From the NCBI GenBank assembly GCA_963781885.1, contig CAWAHW010000006.1, forward strand, positions 349,943 through 413,942: DNA of 64,000 nucleotides. The letters run 5' to 3'. Below the pieces are notes generated by a model that was not told the DNA's origin, ran no database searches, and worked only from the letters and a program-made list of their open reading frames with translations. This stretch comes from an uncultured Spirochaetota bacterium (GTDB lineage: Bacteria > Spirochaetota > Spirochaetia > SZUA-6 > Fen-1364). Shown piece by piece: positions 11,495 to 20,381 of the stretch (position 1 is its first letter; each line of letters starts with the position of its first letter). The position numbers were made by a program, and so were the translations under genes.

Positions 11495-12604
11495 ATGACG
11501 ATCGGCATCACGGGGGCGACGGGTTTCCTGGGAGCAAGCCTCACGTCGCACGTCGCGCGCTCCCTGCCGGCGGGGGATCGCGTCGTCACCTTCGGGTCCC
11601 GCACGGACCGCAACCCGCTCACCGCGGATCTCGGCCTGCCCTGCGCGCGTCTCGACGTCACCGACCGTTCCCAGGCCTTTCGCCTCATCCGCGACATCGA
11701 CATTCTCTACCACGTCGCCGGTTCGGTCGACTATTCCCGCCGCTTCCGCCAGCGTACCTGGACCGTGAATGTCCTCGGGACGCGGAACGTCCTCGATGCG
11801 GCGATGGAGAACCACGTCGCGCGCGTGGTCTGCGTCTCGTCGATCAGCGTGATGGGGCTGCCCGCCCCCGGGGCAGCATGTGCCGACGAGACCAATGACC
11901 GCTACGCGCCGGGCAGGAATCCCCTCTCATTCGCGGGTCCGCAGGATGCCCTTGCCGCGGTCGACGATTCGCTGCGGGGCGATTTCCGCTTCCTGGAGCG
12001 CGTGAAGATACCCTACTTCGATTCGAAGATCGCCGCCTTCGAGCTTGCGGGGCGCTATGCAACACGGGAGGGGCTGGACGTCGTGAGAGTGCTGCCGGGC
12101 ACCGCCGTCGGGGCCGGGGACATGCACATGGCCCTGGCGGGGCTCGTGCAACGCGTCTACGAGAGCCGGCTCGCCTTCACGCTTCCCGGGGGCACATCGT
12201 TCGTTTCCGCCGCCGACGTCGCCCGGGGCATCGCTCTGGCAGGCCAGAAGGGCCGCCGGGGAGAGGCCTACATCATCACCGGCCGCGATGAAGACAACCT
12301 GAGCCATCGCGATTTCATGAGGCTCGTCGCGGGCGTCGTGCGCGAGTGCTACCACAGGCGATGCCGCAACGATTTCATCGTTGTCCCTGCGCCGCTTGCC
12401 GTGCTGTGCGGGCGGGTTGCCGAGCGGCTCTCTGGGGGCACCTCGCTGCCGGAGGGGCTCGCGCTTTCGGGGTGCGTCATGCATCGTTTTCAGAGCATTC
12501 GGGCGAAGGCGGAGCTCGGCTACGAGCCGCGCGTTCCCCTTCGCGATTCAATTCGCGCATGCATCGATTTCACGCTGCGCGAGGTGGGAGGACGGGGATT
12601 ATGA
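11495..12604 (+). CDS. NAD-dependent epimerase/dehydratase (HpnA/DFR-like extended SDR)
   Basis: ITGATGFLG, HVAG, VSSIS and YxxSK. Confidence 0.8.
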   Translation: MTIGITGATGFLGASLTSHVARSLPAGDRVVTFGSRTDRNPLTADLGLPCARLDVTDRSQAFRLIRDIDILYHVAGSVDYSRRFRQRTWTVNVLGTRNVLDAAMENHVARVVCVSSISVMGLPAPGAACADETNDRYAPGRNPLSFAGPQDALAAVDDSLRGDFRFLERVKIPYFDSKIAAFELAGRYATREGLDVVRVLPGTAVGAGDMHMALAGLVQRVYESRLAFTLPGGTSFVSAADVARGIALAGQKGRRGEAYIITGRDEDNLSHRDFMRLVAGVVRECYHRRCRNDFIVVPAPLAVLCGRVAERLSGGTSLPEGLALSGCVMHRFQSIRAKAELGYEPRVPLRDSIRACIDFTLREVGGRGL

Positions 12605-13329
12605 GCAACGCGGGCTATTTCAAGTTGCTGAAACTGTACGCCGATATCTGGGCGCGCCGGCATTGCCGCGTCGTGCTGGGGGGCCCGGAAGAGCTGGATG
12701 CTCCGCGCGAAAGGGGAAGGGTCTACATCGTGAGCCACCCCACGACGTGGGACCTCCCCATGCTGGTGCATATCGGGGTGAATAACACCTACTTTATCGT
12801 GGACAAGGGACCCTTCGCTCATCCCCTGGTCAAATGGCTGTTCGAGCATTGCGGTTTCCTGAAACTGGAGGGAGACAACAGCGACGACGTGATCCAGAAA
12901 GCCGTCGACATTGCGGCCAGCCGTCGGCCGCTCATCGTGTCGCTCAAGGGGTACGGCGTGGACTTCGGTGAGAAGGTGCGTCCACGGACGGGGGCCATCC
13001 GGATTGCCCATATGGCCAAGGCGGACATCTATCCGGTTCACCTGATGATCGAAGAGGGCAAGCGGATCATGAAGGGATTCAAGGTCTCGGGACAGAACTA
13101 TCCCTTCACCGTTTTCCACGACACGCTGTACTTCGCGACGTTCTGCGCGCCGCTGCGCTATGAGCACTACGCGCGGGAATCCATGACGTACGAGGACTAC
13201 AAGTCGATCGCCTACGGAATGGAGGCGACGTTCGACGACATGGAGAAAAGGATCAATGGCGAGATTGCGGCCGGCAAGTTCGACGGCGTGCGCCGCAAGG
13301 GCGGCGCACAAACCCAGATCCGCTACTGA
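12601..13329 (+). CDS. PlsC-like lysophospholipid acyltransferase
   Basis: SHPTTWD (HxxxxD) catalytic motif, GAIRIA and IYPV; ATGA coupling to the upstream gene. Confidence 0.65.
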   Translation: MSNAGYFKLLKLYADIWARRHCRVVLGGPEELDAPRERGRVYIVSHPTTWDLPMLVHIGVNNTYFIVDKGPFAHPLVKWLFEHCGFLKLEGDNSDDVIQKAVDIAASRRPLIVSLKGYGVDFGEKVRPRTGAIRIAHMAKADIYPVHLMIEEGKRIMKGFKVSGQNYPFTVFHDTLYFATFCAPLRYEHYARESMTYEDYKSIAYGMEATFDDMEKRINGEIAAGKFDGVRRKGGAQTQIRY

Positions 13330-13348
13330 GCGCTCATCGACCGGCGGC

Positions 13349-14080
13349 TCACGTCTCCCGCGGGGCCCCGGCGCGCCGATAGAATCTGCGGTAGATGAAG
13401 AAATCGTCCCCGATGCCGAGCATGGCGTGGATGGCAAACGGGTACAGCACGGACCCTGTCAGGAACGCGGCGGCCGCGAAGATGACGCCCCCGGCCATCG
13501 CCCCGACGATCTCCCACTCGGGATGTCCGATGTGATGGAGAGTGGAGAGCGCCGTCGTGATCGCCATCGCGGGCAGGAAGCCCATGACGTGGACGAGGGG
13601 GAAAAACAGAAGCCCCCGATAGAGAAACTCCCACGAGGTGAAATAGAGGCTCGCGTAACCCAGCTCGAAAAACGCGAAGGCGCGGTCGTTCGCGCATGCA
13701 TCCTTTGAAAAGGGATACTGCACCTTGAGACCGGGGTCCTTCGAAAAGCTCCAGCAGAGATACGCGACCACCGGGATCGCGATGCCGACGAAGAGCAGAC
13801 CCAGTCTCCAGTTCCCCGCCTGCACGCCGAAGGCGGCGAAGGCCTCGAGGGGCCGCGGCTCCACGGCCGCAATGATGATCGACGGCGCCACGAGGAAGAG
13901 GAAGAAGAAGGACCAGAAGTACACCCGCATGCCGCGGGCGTCGCCGAGGATCGACCGCAGGCGGCGATGATGAAGGAGCGACGCGGCAAGCGTGAGCGCC
14001 ACGGCGAGGTAAGGCAGGAGCACGCGCGCGGAAAGAGGCGCGAGGGACTGGGAGAAGAGGGAGGCAAAATCCGCCGACAT
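13349..14080 (-). CDS. CPBP (Abi/CAAX) intramembrane metalloprotease
   Basis: WEFLYRG, LHH and AIHA motifs in a multi-TM protein. Confidence 0.8.
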   Translation of the reverse strand: MSADFASLFSQSLAPLSARVLLPYLAVALTLAASLLHHRRLRSILGDARGMRVYFWSFFFLFLVAPSIIIAAVEPRPLEAFAAFGVQAGNWRLGLLFVGIAIPVVAYLCWSFSKDPGLKVQYPFSKDACANDRAFAFFELGYASLYFTSWEFLYRGLLFFPLVHVMGFLPAMAITTALSTLHHIGHPEWEIVGAMAGGVIFAAAAFLTGSVLYPFAIHAMLGIGDDFFIYRRFYRRAGAPRET

Positions 14081-14082
14081 TT

Positions 14083-15102
14083 TTATTCCTTTCCGCGCGC
14101 CGTTTCGGCCGTTGCGCGCGCCTTCTCCGCATGGTACCACGCGACGATGTCCCTGAACTGGGTGGGATAGTCGTCATCGGACGTGTAGCCGAGCTCCCGG
14201 AGGGTCCTCGAAATGTCGTAGGTGGTCTGCGTCGTGATCCGTCGGATCCGGTAGAAGTTGATCGGGGGCTTGAGTCCGGGGAATATCCGCCGTGCGAGCT
14301 CCAGGATCAGGGAGGCTGCCAGCACGGGCGTGACGGGCACGTATATCTTCTGCTTCCGGCCGACCCCCGCCTGGAGCGCGCCGAAGAACTCGCGGTAGGT
14401 CGGCGCCGACGGGTTGGTCACCGTGTACGCGTTGCCCACGGCGGTGGGCAGCTCGATCGCGGCAAGCGCGGCCCGCGCGATATTCGTCGGCGCGCAGAGC
14501 CCGAACCGGCAGCCGCCGCGGCCGACGATGAGGGGAGTACCCTTCGACGCGGCATCGAGCATCTGGAGACAGGAAGTCCGGTCGCGCGGGCCGTAGACGT
14601 CGCCCGGCCGGAGGATCACCATCGGGAAGCCGGTCTCGCGGTGGCGCTCCCGCAGGAGCTCCTCCACGCTTTTCTTCATACGGCAGTAGGGGAGAAAATC
14701 CGCGGATCGCCCGGGCTTTTCCTCCGTGATGGCATCGGCGCCGTATCCTATCGTGAGGGCGCTGGAGATGTAGATGAACCGGGAAAGACGCGGATAGAGC
14801 CGCGCGGCTTTCTCCACCAGGGCGCGGGTCGCATCGTAGATGTGCCGCCTGCTCTCCTTCAAGGGGGCGCTGTCGGAGACGAGCGCCGCCGCGTGCACGA
14901 CGACGTCGATGTCCGGGGGGAAATCGATCGATTCGATCTCCGTGAGGTCGCCGCGGACCAGGCGCACGGGACTGCCTTGGAGGAACCTCATATTGGACGT
15001 CATGCGCACGAGCCCGTGAACATTCCAGCCCTGCGCGACAAAGGCGTCGCAGAGGTGGGACCCGATGAAGCCGTTGGCGCCGGTGATCAGGACCGTCTTC
15101 AC
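14083..15102 (-). CDS. NAD-dependent epimerase/dehydratase (3beta-HSD-like)
   Basis: GTG start, ITGANGFIG, YxxxK, ILRP..VYGPRD. Confidence 0.8.
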   Translation of the reverse strand: MKTVLITGANGFIGSHLCDAFVAQGWNVHGLVRMTSNMRFLQGSPVRLVRGDLTEIESIDFPPDIDVVVHAAALVSDSAPLKESRRHIYDATRALVEKAARLYPRLSRFIYISSALTIGYGADAITEEKPGRSADFLPYCRMKKSVEELLRERHRETGFPMVILRPGDVYGPRDRTSCLQMLDAASKGTPLIVGRGGCRFGLCAPTNIARAALAAIELPTAVGNAYTVTNPSAPTYREFFGALQAGVGRKQKIYVPVTPVLAASLILELARRIFPGLKPPINFYRIRRITTQTTYDISRTLRELGYTSDDDYPTQFRDIVAWYHAEKARATAETARGKE

Positions 15103-16124
15103 TCTCCCCCCGTCTCTCCCCGCTCTGCGGCGTGCACGCGCAGGTACCACGCGCTTCCGTCCGCGATGGTCTTTTCCAGCGGGATGTAGGTGTGGTGGAA
15201 AGCGCCCACGCTTTTGCCGTTTGAATAGAAGCCCCGCCACCCGCTGAGTCTCCCGTACGAGGCGGTGAGGAGCGGTTTGCGCCCGGTGAGGTCGCTCACC
15301 AGCTCCAGGAATCCGCCGGCCGCCGTGAGAAGCGCAGACGGGATGCGGAAGGGAAACACCCTGCCGTTGACGCACGACCCGATGCGGCGAACCACCTCCA
15401 CATAGGAGACATTCGATCCCACGACAAGGTAGCACTCCCCCGGCTCTCCGTCCGACAACGCCTTGAGCGCGATGGCGGCAAGGTCCCGCACGTCCGTGAC
15501 TGCAAGGCCACCGGAGAAACAGCCGAAAAATGGTCCCGAAGAGATGTTCTTGTAGAGCTGGTTGTGCGGCGAACCGGGGTCGGGGTCCCCCGGACCCATC
15601 AGCGACGCGGGATTCAGGATGACGGCATTGAGGCCTTTTTTCGCCGCTGCCTCGACGACCTGCTGTCCGGCGTGCTTGGTCGACATGTAGAAGAAACCCC
15701 GCGGCCAGTTGTAGGGCGTCGACTCGTCCGCCAGGGCGCCGTCCTTGTAGAACCCTACCGCACCGACGGACGAAATATGGACGAGGCGCTGGACGCCGGC
15801 GGCGAGACATCCCTGCACGACGTTTTCGACGCCCCGACGGTTGACCAGGTCCAGGCGCTCGCGGTCGCGTTTCCAGTAGGAGATGAGCCCGGCGAGATGG
15901 ATGACATGCGTGTGGCCCGCGATCGCCCGACGGACCTGGGCCTCGTCGGTGATGTTGCCTTCGACGATGCGAAGCTCCGGAATGCGCCGCGCAAGGACGC
16001 GCTGCCGTCCCGCGTCTCCGGGAAGCACGAAAAGCGTCAGGCGCTCCGGTTGCATCGCTGCCGGAAGCAAATCGAGCACGGCATTTCCCGCAAATCCAGT
16101 TGCTCCGGTGATAAAGAGGCGCAT
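15099..16124 (-). CDS. NAD-dependent epimerase/dehydratase (HpnA/DFR-like)
   Basis: ITGATGFAG, HISSV, YMSTK, ILNP...GPGD, DVRD. Confidence 0.8.
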   Translation of the reverse strand: MRLFITGATGFAGNAVLDLLPAAMQPERLTLFVLPGDAGRQRVLARRIPELRIVEGNITDEAQVRRAIAGHTHVIHLAGLISYWKRDRERLDLVNRRGVENVVQGCLAAGVQRLVHISSVGAVGFYKDGALADESTPYNWPRGFFYMSTKHAGQQVVEAAAKKGLNAVILNPASLMGPGDPDPGSPHNQLYKNISSGPFFGCFSGGLAVTDVRDLAAIALKALSDGEPGECYLVVGSNVSYVEVVRRIGSCVNGRVFPFRIPSALLTAAGGFLELVSDLTGRKPLLTASYGRLSGWRGFYSNGKSVGAFHHTYIPLEKTIADGSAWYLRVHAAERGETGGE

Positions 16125-16177
16125 GGGGATTCCTTTGGAGCGCAACATAACGGCGACACCAGGCACTGTCAAGGTCG

Positions 16178-18448
16178 GTGCACGGGAAAACGCCCGCGGA
16201 CCACGCTTTCGTTGACGACGCATCGCGGCGATGCTACCCTGACATCCTCTTGCGCGATACCCTCGAAGCGTCCTGGCACCACCTTTCGGCGCGCCTCTGG
16301 AAATCCCTCACCAGGACCATGTCATCGGATCCTGACCGGGAACGCCGGGAGTATGCGGTCAAGGCCGTCGTGGCGAGCACCGCCGCGACGCTCCTTCCCT
16401 TCACGCTCCTTTTCTTCGCTTTCTACCTCTTCGGCGTTTTCAGGCTCACCGACCTCCTGATCGTGCTCGGCGCAGATTGCGTCGTGGGTTTCTGCCTGCT
16501 TCTGTCCCGGCGCGCGTGGGAGGCAAGCGCGTGGATCCAGAGCGCCCTCTTCGTGGTGCTGCCGGTCCGCATGGCCTGGGCCCAGGGAGGATGGACGCCG
16601 GCAACGGTCTACATCTCCCTTGCCGTCGTGCTGGGGATGACCCTCCTGGAGGTGAGGGCGGCATGGGGCCTGATGGCCGTGAGCCTCCTCCTGTACATCG
16701 GCGCTTCCTGGGCGCACGGCAACCTCGGCCTCTTGGTTCTCCTGAACATCCTTCTCACCGTGGCCGCGCCCCTCTGCGGGATCGTCGTTCTCCTCCGCTT
16801 CACCCTGCGCCAGCTCGGCGGGGCGCTGGAAAAAAGCCGCATCACCGCAGACGGCCTTACGAGGGAGATCGGCGAGCGCACGCGCGCGGAAAGCGCGCTC
16901 ACCGCCTCCATGCAGACCATCCGCGCTCTTTTCGAATCGATGCCGGACGGCATCGTCGTGATGGACGCCGGCGGCCGGATCACGGACTGCAACGCCGCCT
17001 CCGCGCGCATGTTCGAGGTCGACGCGCGGGGGGAGGTGGTCGGTCGGAACATAATCGATTTCGTCGTGTCGGATGATCGGAGCCGGGCGCAGCAGAAGCT
17101 CGTCCAGCTCATGCGCGAAGGGCCGAACGGCAGGTCGCTGCGTCTCCGCGTCCAGGGCACCCGGGGGCGCTCCTTCGACGCTTTTGTCAATGGCTCGCTC
17201 CACCTGGACGCGGAGGGGATGATGCAGGGCCTGGTCATCTCCGTGCGCGACATCACGGATATGCTCCGCCTGGAGAGCCAGCTCCGCCAGGCGCAGAAAA
17301 TGGAAGCCGTGGGTCAGCTCGCGGGGGGCGTCGCGCACGATTTCAACAACCTCCTGCTGGGCATCCAGGGCTACACGGACCTTGCGCTCCACTCCATGGA
17401 GGCGGCGCATGCCGCCCGCGAGCCGCTCGAGCAGGTCCTGAAGGCCTCCGAGCGGGCAGGCGCCATCGTGCGGCAGCTCCTTGCTTTCAGTCGGCGAGAG
17501 ACGCCCAGCCCCGTGGTGCTGCGTCTGAATGACGTCATCGAGGGCTTCCTGAAGATGCTGGGCCGGCTCATCGGCGAGCATGTCACCGTGCGCCTGGATC
17601 TGGCCGCCGACCTGGGCAACGTCGTCGCCGACCCGGGGCAGGTGGAGCAGGTGCTGGTCAACCTGTGCCTGAACTCGCGCGACGCCATGCCGGACGGCGG
17701 CACAATCACGATCGAGACGGAGAACGCGACCCTCGACGCCGCATTCGCGGCGACCCATCCCGGGGCGCGGCCGGGACAATTCGTCTGTCTGCGCGTCACG
17801 GACGAAGGCGAAGGAATGAGCGCCGACGCCATGGCGCATCTCTTCGAGCCTTTCTTCACGACGAAGCGCCCGGGGCGAGGCACCGGCATGGGGCTTGCGA
17901 CGGTCTACAGCATCGTCACGCGGCACGGGGCGCTCATCGACTGCGCAAGCGCGCCGGGCAGGGGCACGAGGTTCTGCCTGTACTTCCCCCGCACGGACGC
18001 ATCACCCGTGCAGGCTGCGCCGGATGGAATTCCGCGGGAGGCGGACACGGGCACGGAAACGCTCCTCGTGGTCGAAGACGACGAGATGGTGCGCTCGCTC
18101 GCGCAGCGCATTCTGTGCGACGCGGGCTACACGGTTCTCCCCGCGTGCGGCGGGGAGGAAGCGCTGGAACTGTTTCGGCGCCGGGGGGCCGACGTCGCCC
18201 TGGCGCTGATCGACGTGGTGATGCCCGGCATGAACGGCAGGCTGGTCGCCCAGGCGCTGCACGAGATGCAGCCGTCCCTGCCGATCCTCTTCAGCAGCGG
18301 CTACGACTTCCACATGTTGGACGATGCATCCTTCCCCTCGGGCCCTCGCGCGGAGATCATCCACAAGCCTTACCGCGCCCGCGACCTCTTGCGCCGCGTG
18401 CACGACGCCCTGCACGGGACGCCCGGTGCCGCGCCGCCCCTCAGCTGA
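16178..18448 (+). CDS. Membrane hybrid sensor histidine kinase (TM-PAS-HisKA-HATPase-REC, CckA-like)
   Basis: QAQKMEAVGQLAGGVAHDFNN, FEPFFTTK..G.GTG.GL and a C-terminal REC domain. Start uncertain, possibly 16250 or 16319. Confidence 0.85.
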   Translation: MHGKTPADHAFVDDASRRCYPDILLRDTLEASWHHLSARLWKSLTRTMSSDPDRERREYAVKAVVASTAATLLPFTLLFFAFYLFGVFRLTDLLIVLGADCVVGFCLLLSRRAWEASAWIQSALFVVLPVRMAWAQGGWTPATVYISLAVVLGMTLLEVRAAWGLMAVSLLLYIGASWAHGNLGLLVLLNILLTVAAPLCGIVVLLRFTLRQLGGALEKSRITADGLTREIGERTRAESALTASMQTIRALFESMPDGIVVMDAGGRITDCNAASARMFEVDARGEVVGRNIIDFVVSDDRSRAQQKLVQLMREGPNGRSLRLRVQGTRGRSFDAFVNGSLHLDAEGMMQGLVISVRDITDMLRLESQLRQAQKMEAVGQLAGGVAHDFNNLLLGIQGYTDLALHSMEAAHAAREPLEQVLKASERAGAIVRQLLAFSRRETPSPVVLRLNDVIEGFLKMLGRLIGEHVTVRLDLAADLGNVVADPGQVEQVLVNLCLNSRDAMPDGGTITIETENATLDAAFAATHPGARPGQFVCLRVTDEGEGMSADAMAHLFEPFFTTKRPGRGTGMGLATVYSIVTRHGALIDCASAPGRGTRFCLYFPRTDASPVQAAPDGIPREADTGTETLLVVEDDEMVRSLAQRILCDAGYTVLPACGGEEALELFRRRGADVALALIDVVMPGMNGRLVAQALHEMQPSLPILFSSGYDFHMLDDASFPSGPRAEIIHKPYRARDLLRRVHDALHGTPGAAPPLS

Positions 18449-19244
18449 GGATGTCCTTTCTCCGGTAGATGAAGAGGCTCGACAGGAAACAACCGACGAT
18501 GAGGGCGGCGAACAGCGCGAGCCTCCACCACGCGAAGCCATAGTCCGGCACCGTCACCCTCACGTCGACCCACGTGAACGGGCTCAGCCAGCCCCACGCC
18601 TCGTACCGCGACGCAATCTTGGCAATCGTATCCCACAGGTAGAAGCCCAGCACGATGCCGATCGCCGGCCCGATGAGGGAGCGGGCGCGCTTCACCATGA
18701 GGGAGGTGAGGAGGCCGATGCCCCCCATCGCCAGGGCAAGGAGAAAGCAGTAGGTGGAGACGATGGCGAGCGCGGCGAGCCGGAAGGGCTGCGCAGAAAA
18801 GGCTGCCAGGCTGGCCCACGCGGCGAGGAACGCGACGAGGTTGATCGCGACCACGAGCAGGAAATAGGCGGCAAGCTTCGTCCCGAAGATCTGGTTCCGC
18901 GACAGGGGTTTCGCAAGGAGAAACTCCGCCGTTCCGAGGCTCTGCTCCTTGTGGATGATGCCCGCCGCGACCGAGATGCTGAAGACGCTGCCCAGGAGAG
19001 CGACGTAGAGCGTCGCATACACGACGTAGAAACCCAGCGGGTCGCCGAACGTGGAAGAGTCGAAGGAGAAGGCGCGCAGGAGGGCCGGCGGGTAGGCCTT
19101 CAGGAGGTCCTTCAAGCCGCCGGACGCCATCATGGTCGGCATGGCCGCCACGGTCATCGCGATGAGGGCGATGATGGTGAGGCTCCAGACGAGGAATGAG
19201 GTGCGGTACTGCTTCAGCTCCTTCATGAAGAGCGCGCGCATCAT
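18441..19244 (-). CDS. ABC-2 transporter permease
   Basis: Six TMs, E...GT.EFLL.KP.SR..I...K and LSPF motifs. Confidence 0.8.
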   Translation of the reverse strand: MMRALFMKELKQYRTSFLVWSLTIIALIAMTVAAMPTMMASGGLKDLLKAYPPALLRAFSFDSSTFGDPLGFYVVYATLYVALLGSVFSISVAAGIIHKEQSLGTAEFLLAKPLSRNQIFGTKLAAYFLLVVAINLVAFLAAWASLAAFSAQPFRLAALAIVSTYCFLLALAMGGIGLLTSLMVKRARSLIGPAIGIVLGFYLWDTIAKIASRYEAWGWLSPFTWVDVRVTVPDYGFAWWRLALFAALIVGCFLSSLFIYRRKDILS

Positions 19245-20143
19245 GTCGTGCCTCTCTTGCCGGAGCTGTAGTAGTGCATGAACACCTCTTCCAGGGAAGG
19301 CTCCTCGATGCGCAGCTGGTGGATGTCGAACCGGGCGAGCTCCTGCACGAGGGTGTTGGATGCGCCGGCGTAGAGGAAACGGATGGCGTCCCCCTCGCGG
19401 ATGAGCTCGCGCACCATTCCCGAGGGGAAGTCCGCGGGGGCAGGCGGGCGCGCGGCGGTGAAGGAGACCTTGCGGAGCCGCTTCTGCCGAAGGGCGGCGA
19501 CATCCTCGCTCGTGAGGATCGTCCCCTCCTTGATGATCGCGACGCGCCGGCAGAGACGCTGCACCTCTCCGAGCACATGGCTGGAGAAGAAGACCGTCAC
19601 GCCGCGCGCATTCTCCTCCCGCAGCAGATCCGCGAGACGGTTCTGGATGAGCGGGTCCAGGCCGTTCGTGGGTTCGTCGAGGATCAGAAGGCGCGGCGCG
19701 TGGAGCATGCTCTGGACGAGGGCCACCTTCTTCGCGTTGCCTGACGACAGCTCGTCGATGCGCCGGCTCGTATCCAGCGCCAGGCGCTCGGCGAGCACCG
19801 CGGCGCGGGAGAGGTCGACGCCGCCGTTGAGCGCGGCCGAGTAGGCCAGGAGCTCCTTCACGCGCATGCCCGGGTAGTACTTCACCTCGGCGGGCACGTA
19901 CCCGATCGAGCGGCGGATCTCGGGCCCGTACCGCACGACGTCCCTGCCAAAGATCTCCGCGCGCCCCGCGGTGGGAAAGATCAGGTTCAGAAGGGTCCGG
20001 ATTGTGGTGGTCTTTCCAGCCCCGTTGGGCCCGATGAACCCGAATATCTCCCCTTCCGGGACGTGCAGGTCGATGCGCTCGATCCCGCAATGCCGCCCGT
20101 AATACTTGGAAAGCCCTTCGGTCACGATCGCCATGCCGTTCAC
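19241..20143 (-). CDS. ABC transporter ATP-binding protein
   Basis: Walker A GPNGAGKTT, signature LSSG, Walker B LILDEP, SSH. Confidence 0.9.
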   Translation of the reverse strand: MNGMAIVTEGLSKYYGRHCGIERIDLHVPEGEIFGFIGPNGAGKTTTIRTLLNLIFPTAGRAEIFGRDVVRYGPEIRRSIGYVPAEVKYYPGMRVKELLAYSAALNGGVDLSRAAVLAERLALDTSRRIDELSSGNAKKVALVQSMLHAPRLLILDEPTNGLDPLIQNRLADLLREENARGVTVFFSSHVLGEVQRLCRRVAIIKEGTILTSEDVAALRQKRLRKVSFTAARPPAPADFPSGMVRELIREGDAIRFLYAGASNTLVQELARFDIHQLRIEEPSLEEVFMHYYSSGKRGTT

Positions 20144-20177
20144 TTCAGGGCTCCTTTCGCGCCTCGTTTCTTCCAGT

Positions 20178-20208
20178 CATTTCAGTATTGACCGAAAAAA
20201 CTGAAATG
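20178..20208. promoter_or_regulatory. Inverted repeat, putative operator upstream of the ABC operon
   Basis: CATTTCAGT-N13-ACTGAAATG, perfect 9-bp arms in an AT-rich divergent intergenic region. Confidence 0.5.
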
Positions 20209-20381
20209 CCTATCCTCCCCGCTCATCGTCTCCGCATCGGGCGCAAAATTTTGCGCACGCGTCGTCATATTTCTGCAACATTTCTTCGCGCCCTATTCCA
20301 TTAGACTCCCGGCGGACAACGTGGTAGCTTTTTCCTGTGATAGACTGAGAATGGACGTGCAGAAACGTATGGAGGGCGTGA

